Below are positions 30,694-39,188 of a stretch of 64,000 nt of DNA, in pieces. Within the stretch, counting starts at the first letter, position 1; the number at the start of each line of letters is the position of its first letter. The stretch spans positions 34,023 through 98,022 of the forward strand of contig CAZGFG010000003.1 of NCBI GenBank assembly GCA_964524895.1. Direction: 5' to 3'. Source of the stretch: an uncultured Gammaproteobacteria bacterium. Lineage in GTDB: Bacteria; Patescibacteriota; Microgenomatia; Daviesbacterales; UBA10151. The translations under genes were made by a program, and so were the position numbers. A model generated the notes under the pieces. That model did no database searches. It had not been told where the DNA came from and saw only the letters and a program-made list of their open reading frames with translations.

Positions 30694-31714
30694 AACATCG
30701 TGCGACGAAACTGCTGCAGCAGTTTTAACCAATAAAAGAGGAGGGGTACAAATATTATCCAATATTGTTGCTTCTTCTGCCTCAATACAATCTAAATATG
30801 GAGGTATAATTCCGGAACAAGCGGCCCGGGAACAACTAAAGTCTATTATCCCAGTTATAGAAGCATCACTTCAACAAGCCCATTGCAAACCTGAAGATTT
30901 AGATGCCATAGCTGTTACCCAAGGTCCGGGATTAATAGGATCTTTGCTGGTTGGAGTGGAAACTGCCAAGGTTTTGGCCAAAGTTTGGGATAAGCCTTTA
31001 ATCCCAATAAATCATTTAATTGGTCATTTTTATGCAAACTGGATCGAGCATAACACGCCGATCTTCCCTTGTATCGGACTTCTGGTCTCCGGAGGCCATA
31101 CTGACTTAGTTCTATTTGCAGATCACAGAAAGTATAAATACCTGGGAGGGACCAGAGACGATGCAGCCGGAGAGTGTTTTGATAAATGTGCCAGACTTTT
31201 AGGATTGCCTTATCCTGGAGGTCCTCAAATCAGTAAGCTGGCAGAAAAAGGAAACCCTAAAGCTTTCAATTTCCCCAGGCCAATGTTAGATTCTAATGAT
31301 CTTGATTTCTCCTTCTCGGGGCTGAAAACAGCCTTTATGAAGGAACTAGGTAATACTGCTCCTGGCTCCTCCAACCTACCTCCGCAGGAGGGGCGTGTTG
31401 TTCCTAGTTCCGTTTTTGATCTTGCTGCTTCTTTGGAAGCTGCTATTGTAGAAACTTTAGTTACAAAGACTGTTGCAGCAGCCCAAAAATATAAAGTTGA
31501 ACAAATTATTATTGCGGGAGGAGTAGCAGCCAACCGAAAACTGAAGGCAGATCTGGGAGCTAGGAGTAAGGAGCTAGGAATCAAGCTGCATGTGCCGCCT
31601 CCCAGTCTTTGCACCGATAACGGGGCTATGATTGCGGCCGCCGCTTTCTTTACTGGAGGCCGGGCCAATCCTTTAGAGCTTCAAGCCAACCCCAATTTGT
31701 CTTTGGCTTATTGA
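30674..31714 (+). CDS. tsaD: tRNA N6-adenosine threonylcarbamoyltransferase TsaD
   Basis: LGIETSCDET, GPGL, NHLIGH, LLVSGGHT, DDAAGECFDK, FSFSGLKT, GGVAAN, TDNGAMI. Confidence 0.96.
   Translation: MVTLGIETSCDETAAAVLTNKRGGVQILSNIVASSASIQSKYGGIIPEQAAREQLKSIIPVIEASLQQAHCKPEDLDAIAVTQGPGLIGSLLVGVETAKVLAKVWDKPLIPINHLIGHFYANWIEHNTPIFPCIGLLVSGGHTDLVLFADHRKYKYLGGTRDDAAGECFDKCARLLGLPYPGGPQISKLAEKGNPKAFNFPRPMLDSNDLDFSFSGLKTAFMKELGNTAPGSSNLPPQEGRVVPSSVFDLAASLEAAIVETLVTKTVAAAQKYKVEQIIIAGGVAANRKLKADLGARSKELGIKLHVPPPSLCTDNGAMIAAAAFFTGGRANPLELQANPNLSLAY
31342..31411. repeat. Imperfect hairpin inside tsaD
   Basis: ggaactagg...cctagttcc closing stem; encodes ELGNTAPGSSNLPPQEGRVVPSS. Confidence 0.6.
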
Positions 31715-31740
31715 CACACCCCTTAAACTAGTTTTATATA
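31711..31740 (+). promoter_or_regulatory. Putative sigma70 promoter
   Basis: TTGACA-18 nt-TATATA. Confidence 0.5.
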
Positions 31741-31770
31741 GATATTGTCCATTCCTGCACGGGGTGGTTT

Positions 31771-32358
31771 TTGTTATTTATGAAGGAGTTTGTCATAGGT
31801 ATTAATGACCCGGTTTGGTTGGATAATCCAGCTGCCCCTCAAACCTCAAATTTTGACCGACTTTATCTTGAAGATAAATCGCGGATTGCACAACTTCGGC
31901 TGTTAAACGGCCAAATAAGAAGTATAGATTTAAGTCAGATACCAGTCCACCTTAACCATTGGCTTAGTCGTGAAGCAACTGAACCGGATAAAAGAGTGTC
32001 CCCTCTAGCTTTTAAAGAGGATACCCAGTGGGCAGCACATACTCCTAAGTCTCCGGCCATTAACCAACCTCTTTATACTGATATCAATAAATTTGCTAAA
32101 GTTGAGCCGGAAAAACCAGCCCCAGTAACTGTTTTGGCTGGGGGACAACTTCAACTAACGGGAGTCGTAGGACTGGCAATTAAAACTGCGGGCCGAGAAA
32201 CCGTTTTCCCTTCCAGTTTGATCCGTTGCCTGGTAACTAATCCTGCAGAACATACCTTTACCTTATTTATAGTAAATCCAGAATCTGGAGAAATTGAAAA
32301 AAACACCTACAATACTCCCAAAATCAAATTGACTAGTCTCACACAAGAAAGATCTTAA
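31771..32358 (+). CDS. Hypothetical protein
   Basis: 195-aa ORF (ATG 31780 likely) between tsaD and valS. Confidence 0.55.
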   Translation: MLFMKEFVIGINDPVWLDNPAAPQTSNFDRLYLEDKSRIAQLRLLNGQIRSIDLSQIPVHLNHWLSREATEPDKRVSPLAFKEDTQWAAHTPKSPAINQPLYTDINKFAKVEPEKPAPVTVLAGGQLQLTGVVGLAIKTAGRETVFPSSLIRCLVTNPAEHTFTLFIVNPESGEIEKNTYNTPKIKLTSLTQERS

Positions 32359-32369
32359 GTTGGGAATCG

Positions 32370-32434
32370 AGTAGTAATTTGGGTGGTACCATGACATATG
32401 CTCGTCCCATATAATAAGGGAGGGCGTGTTTTTT
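32370..32434 (+). promoter_or_regulatory. T-box antiterminator plus competing terminator/sequestrator upstream of valS
   Basis: AATTTGGG-TGGTACC-ATGA...TCGT-CCCA; alternative stem atgctc.tccc/gggagggcgt followed by a T-run. Confidence 0.8.
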
Positions 32435-34558
32435 ATGGATAAAGTATACGATCAAACCAAAACCGAAGAGAAATGGTACAAATTCTGGGAAGAATCCGGC
32501 TATTTTCAGCCGGAAATTAACCTGGACGGCGCACCCTACACTATAATTTTACCCCCTCCAAATGCCAATGCCCCACTGCATTTTGGCCATGCTATGTATG
32601 TGGTTGAAGATATTTTAATCAGATACCACAGGATGAAAGGTGAAGCAGCTCTCTGGTTACCCGGTTCAGACCATGCCGGTTTTGAAACACAGGTAGTTTT
32701 TGAAAAGAAGTTACAGGAAGAGGAGAAATCCAGATTTGACTTCGATAGACAAACCCTTTATCAGATGATCTGGGATTTTGTCCAGTCTAATAAAGGCACC
32801 ACGGAAGGGCAGCTGCGCAAACTGGGTTTTTCAGTTGACTGGTCCAGGGAAAAATTTACCCTAGATCCGGATATTATCCAAGTTGTCTACAAAACTTTTA
32901 AAAAGCTGTTTGATGAGGGGTTAATCTATCGGGGCAATCGGATTGTTAATTATTGCACCAAACATGGCACCTCTTTTTCCGATTTAGAAGTAGCTTATAC
33001 CGAAAAACAGGATAGGCTCTATTTCGTTAAATACCCCTTGGCTGAAGAATCTGGTCATATTACCATTGCCACCACCAGGCCGGAGACGATGTTTGGCGAC
33101 AGCGCCGTTGCAGTTCACCCAGATGATGACAGGTTCAAATCTTTAATTGGTAAAAAAGTAAGGCTTCCTTTAACTGATCGGGAAATTCCTATTATAGCCG
33201 ACGAAAACATAGATCAGGAGTTTGGGACAGGTGCCGTTAAGATCACCCCAGCCCACGACCCCCTAGATTACGAGATCGGCCAAAGACACAATTTAGAACA
33301 AATCGGTGTTATTAACTTTGACGGAACTTTAAAAGAAGCTGCCGGGAAATACGCTGGCTCATATCCTAAAGAAGCCAGAAAAGCGGTCGCACAGGGTTTA
33401 GAATCTCAAGGGTTTATGGATAAGATAGAAGCGTACACTCACCGGGTTGGAACCTGTTACAAATGTGGTAATCCAATTGAACCATTACTTCTGGAACAGT
33501 GGTTTATCGATGTTAAAACTTTGGCCAAGGAAGCTGTTGAGGTTGTCAAAAAAGGTGAAATTAAAATTTACCCCAAGAACTGGGAAAGCACCTACTTTAG
33601 ATGGCTGGAGAATATTAAGGACTGGAATATTTCCAGACAAATTGTCTGGGGGATGCAAATCCCAGCTTGGAGATGTCTTAATTGTAATAAGTGGGTTGTT
33701 ACGGAGGGTGAAATTCCGATAGAGTGCCCAAACTGCGCTTCTACCGCTTTAGAGAGAGATCCCGATGTCTTTGATACCTGGTTTTCATCAGGCCAGTGGC
33801 CTTATGCTACTTTACAAACCACAAAAGAAGGTGATTTTGAGAAGTTTTATCCAACTTCTGTGATGGAGACTGGCCGGGATATTTTATTCTTTTGGGTCGC
33901 CAGGATGGTTATGCTAGGAAGATATACAACAGGTGAAATCCCATTCCAAGATATACTTTTACATGGAATGGTCTTAGATCCACTCGGTAAAAAAATGAGT
34001 AAATCAAAAAATAATGTTGTCTCTCCTATTGAGGTAGTAGAGCAATATGGAGCAGATAGCGCCAGGATGGCCTTGGTTTATGGTACGGCTTTTGGTCATG
34101 ATCAAGCTCTTTCTCATCCAAAATTGCAGGCAATGAGAAATTTTACCAATAAGCTTTGGAACATCGGCAGATTCATCGTTGAATTTGCTCCGGAAGATGC
34201 CAAGCATTTGGATAAAGATGCTACGGCCGTACAAAGTTTGTCTCAAACAGATGATCAAAAAATCGTTAAGGAGCTTGAAGAAACAACAAAAAAAGTAACT
34301 AAGGCCTTGGATCAATATAGGTTTCATGATGCCGCAAATTCTTTATATGAATTTATCTGGCATGAGTTTGCAGATAAATATATCGAGTCGGTTAAAGATA
34401 GGCGGGCCGAAACCCAACCGATTTTGGAGCATGTTTTCAAAACCTCACTGGAACTGCTTCACCCCTTTATGCCTTTTATTACAGAGGAATTATGGCAAAA
34501 ATTGCCTCACGCAGGCAAATCCATCATGCTTGCCAAATGGCCAGCTCTTAAGGCCTAA
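32435..34558 (+). CDS. valS: Valine--tRNA ligase (no C-terminal coiled coil)
   Basis: PPPNANAPLHFGH, ATTRPET, WNISRQ, DTWFSS, KMSKS, LHPFMPFITEE. Confidence 0.96.
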   Translation: MDKVYDQTKTEEKWYKFWEESGYFQPEINLDGAPYTIILPPPNANAPLHFGHAMYVVEDILIRYHRMKGEAALWLPGSDHAGFETQVVFEKKLQEEEKSRFDFDRQTLYQMIWDFVQSNKGTTEGQLRKLGFSVDWSREKFTLDPDIIQVVYKTFKKLFDEGLIYRGNRIVNYCTKHGTSFSDLEVAYTEKQDRLYFVKYPLAEESGHITIATTRPETMFGDSAVAVHPDDDRFKSLIGKKVRLPLTDREIPIIADENIDQEFGTGAVKITPAHDPLDYEIGQRHNLEQIGVINFDGTLKEAAGKYAGSYPKEARKAVAQGLESQGFMDKIEAYTHRVGTCYKCGNPIEPLLLEQWFIDVKTLAKEAVEVVKKGEIKIYPKNWESTYFRWLENIKDWNISRQIVWGMQIPAWRCLNCNKWVVTEGEIPIECPNCASTALERDPDVFDTWFSSGQWPYATLQTTKEGDFEKFYPTSVMETGRDILFFWVARMVMLGRYTTGEIPFQDILLHGMVLDPLGKKMSKSKNNVVSPIEVVEQYGADSARMALVYGTAFGHDQALSHPKLQAMRNFTNKLWNIGRFIVEFAPEDAKHLDKDATAVQSLSQTDDQKIVKELEETTKKVTKALDQYRFHDAANSLYEFIWHEFADKYIESVKDRRAETQPILEHVFKTSLELLHPFMPFITEELWQKLPHAGKSIMLAKWPALKA

Positions 34559-34614
34559 TCGCCCAGTTTGACATTAAAATTTGCTTCTAATACCAGTATC
34601 AGATCGTTATCTGG

Positions 34615-34875
34615 CTAACTCTTATAGAAGTATTTAATCCAGAGTTTTTTTAAAAAAGGTAATGTTAGAGTGGAAAGCAAGAAACCTATAGATGGAACTA
34701 TAGCATTTAACCAGGGCTTCTCTATCCCAATTGCACTCATATATAATCCTAGGGCCAAATAGGTAAAAAGTACCAGCAAACCGCGCCGTGAGTAAGAAGT
34801 TTCCCAAGCTTTATCTACCTCCACCTTGGAATTTCGCCGTTCTATCTCTTCAACTCTTTCTTCTAAAGTGACCAT
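34615..34875 (-). CDS. Small membrane protein
   Basis: 86 aa, two TMs, KAWETS motif. Confidence 0.6.
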   Translation of the reverse strand: MVTLEERVEEIERRNSKVEVDKAWETSYSRRGLLVLFTYLALGLYMSAIGIEKPWLNAIVPSIGFLLSTLTLPFLKKLWIKYFYKS

Positions 34876-34994
34876 ATATTTAGTTTACCACAGTTTCTTT
34901 GCCTTAATTTAGATATTGTCCGACATGGATTTCCGCACATTTTCCGCAAATTAAGCGCAGACTTTTTGGGATAAAATTTTTTATCTTCGGGTAC

Positions 34995-35747
34995 TTATTG
35001 GGCTGGTTCGGAAGGCTCTTCGGTTTTACTCTCCCCTTCCCCCACACGTGTTTGGCCTTCTGGGGCGCTCTCTTCTCCCTCTTTTGTCTCTTCCCCTTCT
35101 TTAACTTCCTCCCCTTCGGTTGCTGCTTCCTCTGTTGCAGCTTGCTCTGCTGCCTCTTCCTCCAGAAGCTCTTGCATCTCCGCGGATACCGCAGGAGCCA
35201 GCTTTACTACTACCTCTTCAGGGTTTGCTAAAACCGTTAGCTTACTGTGGTCGTAATTTAGCTGACCTACCGTTATAGCATCCTCTATTTGTTTTAACGG
35301 GCTGATATCTACCACTATTTTTTCTATTAAGTCATTGGGGAGGGCTTCTACCTCTATTTCATTTAGAGTTTGCAAAACTATAGTCTCCCCTAAATGAACA
35401 GATTCCGGCTCTTCTCCTATAAGTTCAATAGGTACCGGTACCTTAACTTTTTCTGACAAATTAACCTGGTAAAAATCTATGTGGGTGATTTCTCCTTGGA
35501 CCGGATTGTAGTCTAATCCTCTAACCATAACCGGGCGTACCTTTTCACTTCCTATTTTTAAATCTATTACTCCGGTCTCCCCTGCCTGGGCAAAAGTTTT
35601 AATAAATTCTTTTGCGCCAACCGTTACATGTTCTGTCTCAACTTTTTTGCCATAGACATGCCCCGGTAGCTTACCGTCTTTTCTTAATCTTTTTACTTTT
35701 TTGCCAAAGATTGTTCTTTCTTCTGCCTTTAAAGTTAGCCTGTCCAT
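34995..35747 (-). CDS. rplY: 50S ribosomal protein bL25/Ctc with acidic tail
   Basis: LRKDGKLPGHVYG, HIDFYQV, VPIELIGE, EVEALP. Confidence 0.93.
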   Translation of the reverse strand: MDRLTLKAEERTIFGKKVKRLRKDGKLPGHVYGKKVETEHVTVGAKEFIKTFAQAGETGVIDLKIGSEKVRPVMVRGLDYNPVQGEITHIDFYQVNLSEKVKVPVPIELIGEEPESVHLGETIVLQTLNEIEVEALPNDLIEKIVVDISPLKQIEDAITVGQLNYDHSKLTVLANPEEVVVKLAPAVSAEMQELLEEEAAEQAATEEAATEGEEVKEGEETKEGEESAPEGQTRVGEGESKTEEPSEPAQ

Positions 35748-35810
35748 ACTTAATACTTCTAAACTCAAGGTAATTTACCACAGATAGGAGAAACTATCAA
35801 GCCAAAGACT

Positions 35811-38711
35811 TTATTTTTTAAAGGTAATGGAAAAAACCCGGTCAGAAGAGAGGTCTGTTGAGATATCATGTTCTTGAGGTGCAATACTTCCGGTATTGTC
35901 GCCAGCCAGCTTATAATTTATCGGATAAGTTAGTTTCCATTCAAACGGGTCCTTAAGAGTCCCTGCTTGTTTTAAAACACCCAGACTGTAAAGCACCTGC
36001 CCGTCTTTAAAGTTCAAACTGCTGGGTAGTTGGTAATCTAAAATCAAAGTTTTTTCCTCTTTGGGGGACAACTCCAACAAAATCGAGTATCCACTTCGTC
36101 CGTAATCTACAAAAGGAGTGGCCCTTGTGGTGACTTCCGTTTCTCCCCAAACAGCCCGGGTGAGCTTTGTCCCCAATGGCAAATATATCCTAAGCCTATT
36201 CTTATACACTCCGGCCGGGAAAGCAGACGACGGGCTGCGGTTTATATAATTTATCTTTAGTCTGTGGAAAAGCTCTCCTTGTTTGCCTACTGTAGTATTT
36301 AAATGATAGTTTCGTTCCAAATAATAATTAGCTTTATTAGCCCCCAAATTTGCCTCCACCACCGCCAAAAAATCCTGCATCTCCCCTAATTTACTCTCCC
36401 CTGCTCTAGTCAGTACACCGGCCCAGTTTTGAGAAGCCATATAAGAAAACATATTCGGGTTATTTAAATAAACCAGCATATGTTTTGTATCTAAAGAAGT
36501 ACCCAAAGCCTCTACTATACCTGGCCAGTTTTGGTTAGGGAGGAAAAATAATTTATTAAATAACTGGTTGCTTAAGGCAGTTAAAAAACTTTTCTTGGCT
36601 TGGGAGCCCGGGAAAAAGTCCGATTCCGAGTGCGCTACTGCTTTTTCAAATAAATTATCGGCCGTTATCTTTTCATTATAATCAGCTACATCCAACCCTC
36701 CTATCACAGACAATAAATTTTCCATGGCCGAAATATCGAGGGCTATCACCCCCTCTACCCGCTCCCCTGTTTCCTTGTTATAAAACCACTCAATTTGTCT
36801 GGCAGCCGTAGGGAAATCCGGTTCCCAATTAGAATCCCGTAAGAACCAGTCTTTTTGAGATAAATCTTCTTTTATTTCTTTTGGGGGTTCAACATGCTCT
36901 TTCAACGCCCCGTCAATATTATAAACATCGTTTGTTTCCAGTTTTCTTAATTTACCTCCCTCAAATTCTACTTTGGCAAATGATCCGATAAACCCCCCTG
37001 TTGGACGAAGTTCATTGTTGTTTTGTAAAACCAACAGATAACTTTTTTTACCCTCTGATCCGATCACCTGTGGCAAAACAACTGCCGCCGCTCTCCCCTT
37101 CTGCACCAATTCCAAATAGGAATCCAGCCTTATTTTTAAAGAGTCCACTCTACTTTTAATTAGTCGAGGAGTGCTTGCTTTAAAATCCTCCCTATCCATA
37201 ATAGCCTTAGCTTGGGAAAGCCTTTGGTCAGCACTGGTCAGCTCTACTTGGGCACGTAAGAATGGTTCGGTAGGTTTGCCTTCTTGTTCCCCGGTAACAG
37301 CCTTCAACCCTCCGTATAGGCTCCTAATGCCCAAAACAGTATCTTTGGCTGCACCTGTTGAGAGTTGGGCCAATATTTGTGCTTGGTCTGCAAATTCAAA
37401 TTCCTCTTTTAAAACTCCTGATTTTCTCAAAATAGCAACCGAGTTTAAAAATACCTTAGCCCGATCCAACCCCTCCTCCGCTTGGCTGATATGAGAGAGG
37501 CTTTGGTCAAAATCTCCCTTCTGCAAATCTTCCGCTGCTTTAGTCAATTGGTAGCGGAAAGTTAATACCCCAACTCCTAAGGAGACTGCCGGCCAAACAA
37601 GCCCATATATGATCAAACCTAAAGCTATAATTAAATAAAAATTGGGGAACTTTTTTGGTAAAAGGTTTTTCCATGAAGGCAAAGTGAATTTCTTTTTGGC
37701 TACCTCCCCTACTTGCTCCTCTTCCCTATCAGGTTTTTTATCAAACACATCCTCATCTACTTGTTCTTTTTTATCGGAGATACCGTATTTCTCTTCATAT
37801 GATTTAGCCTTTTCCAATTTTGGTATCTCTACTTCGTTTTCCTTAAAATAGGTTATTGTTTTTTTCAGGCTTTCTACAAAGCCTATCTTCGGTTCCCAGG
37901 ATAAATATTTCATAGTCTTTTCCAGGTTTGGGGTTGGCCAAGGCGGGAGTTCGCTGGGAATAAAGTGCCGGTTTTCATGCCAAACCGGATCTAGCAGAAC
38001 CTGTTTGATCTCTGCTACTTTAATCGGAGTGAGCAGGGCTCCGTCGAATATTTTTTGGGCCGTAGCCCCGGAAAGCATACTTTTGACTATTAGATTAACT
38101 GCATCATCAATAAATATTGCTCTTGAGGAAAATTCTAAAGCAGCAGACTCTTTTTGCAGCTGCCCTAAAAGGGAGGCCTGAATTAAACGCACCATAGGAT
38201 CGCGAGCTTTAAAGTTCATCCTTGGACCGTAAACAGAAGCCAGCCTGACTATTCTGGCATTTAACCTATTTTCTTGGGCAAATTTAGCTAGCTTTTTTTC
38301 TGCATCTCTGAACCACTCCAATTCTTGAGGGATCTTGTTGTCATAAAGATCTATCGAAGATACAAAAACAACTTTTGAACTGTGTTTTTTAAATAACTCC
38401 AAAATTTCACCAAAACTCAACTTCTCCTGTGAAGCTATGATAATGTAGTCAAGCCGCAGCACTTCTATCTTAAGCTCACCCGGCTCTGCAGAAATAAGAT
38501 GGAAGTTCTTATCCTTAATCGCTTGTTCCAAGCTAGATCTGCTTACCGCCCCAAAATCGTCGACTCCAACTACCTGAATATTTTTCCTTAAAAGTTCCTC
38601 CGACAGAAACGAGCCCAAAAAGCTTCCTGCCCCCACAACTAAAGCAACGGGTGTGTTCCGCGCAAGTAAAATACTGTTATTCGGTATGATATTTACCCCT
38701 ATTCCCCCCAC
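35811..38711 (-). CDS. Degenerate NAD-dependent epimerase domain + TM + DUF4012-like extracellular domain
   Basis: N-terminal GAGSFLG, ASVYGP; C-terminal LQNNNELRPTGGFIGS, LRDSNWEPDFP, NLGANKANYY. Confidence 0.75.
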   Translation of the reverse strand: MGGIGVNIIPNNSILLARNTPVALVVGAGSFLGSFLSEELLRKNIQVVGVDDFGAVSRSSLEQAIKDKNFHLISAEPGELKIEVLRLDYIIIASQEKLSFGEILELFKKHSSKVVFVSSIDLYDNKIPQELEWFRDAEKKLAKFAQENRLNARIVRLASVYGPRMNFKARDPMVRLIQASLLGQLQKESAALEFSSRAIFIDDAVNLIVKSMLSGATAQKIFDGALLTPIKVAEIKQVLLDPVWHENRHFIPSELPPWPTPNLEKTMKYLSWEPKIGFVESLKKTITYFKENEVEIPKLEKAKSYEEKYGISDKKEQVDEDVFDKKPDREEEQVGEVAKKKFTLPSWKNLLPKKFPNFYLIIALGLIIYGLVWPAVSLGVGVLTFRYQLTKAAEDLQKGDFDQSLSHISQAEEGLDRAKVFLNSVAILRKSGVLKEEFEFADQAQILAQLSTGAAKDTVLGIRSLYGGLKAVTGEQEGKPTEPFLRAQVELTSADQRLSQAKAIMDREDFKASTPRLIKSRVDSLKIRLDSYLELVQKGRAAAVVLPQVIGSEGKKSYLLVLQNNNELRPTGGFIGSFAKVEFEGGKLRKLETNDVYNIDGALKEHVEPPKEIKEDLSQKDWFLRDSNWEPDFPTAARQIEWFYNKETGERVEGVIALDISAMENLLSVIGGLDVADYNEKITADNLFEKAVAHSESDFFPGSQAKKSFLTALSNQLFNKLFFLPNQNWPGIVEALGTSLDTKHMLVYLNNPNMFSYMASQNWAGVLTRAGESKLGEMQDFLAVVEANLGANKANYYLERNYHLNTTVGKQGELFHRLKINYINRSPSSAFPAGVYKNRLRIYLPLGTKLTRAVWGETEVTTRATPFVDYGRSGYSILLELSPKEEKTLILDYQLPSSLNFKDGQVLYSLGVLKQAGTLKDPFEWKLTYPINYKLAGDNTGSIAPQEHDISTDLSSDRVFSITFKK

Positions 38712-38777
38712 GCGTAAATCCTACCACGGGCAATAGTTATTTCAAGAGAGATCAAAGGTAACAAAGTGGTGCCCCCT

Positions 38778-39188
38778 CTAGCGGGAATCTAAAGCAAGGT
38801 TTGCGAGGAAATCTGCACGTTTATTTTGAGTCCTTGGAACATGAACAAAAGTTGCATACCCAATTTGCAGCTTTAGTATATTTATTTTGTCTATAAGTAA
38901 GCGGAGGTGGGGACTTTTTATTTTATAGTTTCCGGAAAGTTGCTCCGCAACTAACTTTGAGTCCATATAAAAATTGAGGGCTAGAGATTCCCCGTTGAAT
39001 TTTTCTTTCACATACTCTATCGCTCTTAGCACAGCTGTATATTCGGCAACATTGTTGGTGGTAATTCCTAAGGTTTTGCCCTCTTCATACAATACCTTTC
39101 CCTCACCATCTGTTATGGAAAATCCATAAGAAGCGGGGCCCGGGTTCCCTCTTGAAGCACCGTCTGTATAGATAGTAAGCACTCTCAT
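38778..39188 (-). CDS. rnhA: Ribonuclease HI
   Basis: YTDGASRGNPG, TNNVAEY, DSKLV, NKRADFLAN. Confidence 0.92.
   Translation of the reverse strand: MRVLTIYTDGASRGNPGPASYGFSITDGEGKVLYEEGKTLGITTNNVAEYTAVLRAIEYVKEKFNGESLALNFYMDSKLVAEQLSGNYKIKSPHLRLLIDKINILKLQIGYATFVHVPRTQNKRADFLANLALDSR

Noticed and set aside
30631-30706. Programmed ribosomal bypass joining the two tsaD starts
   Set aside because: No stop codon right after the putative take-off codon, and the downstream ATG already gives a complete protein
34995-35200. Low-complexity repeat in the rplY tail
   Set aside because: An ordinary Glu/Ala-rich tail, common in bL25/Ctc proteins
38765-38795. tRNA 3' end or att site (minus strand ...gggggcacca)
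   Set aside because: No T-arm consensus or cloverleaf; the upstream sequence is rnhA coding
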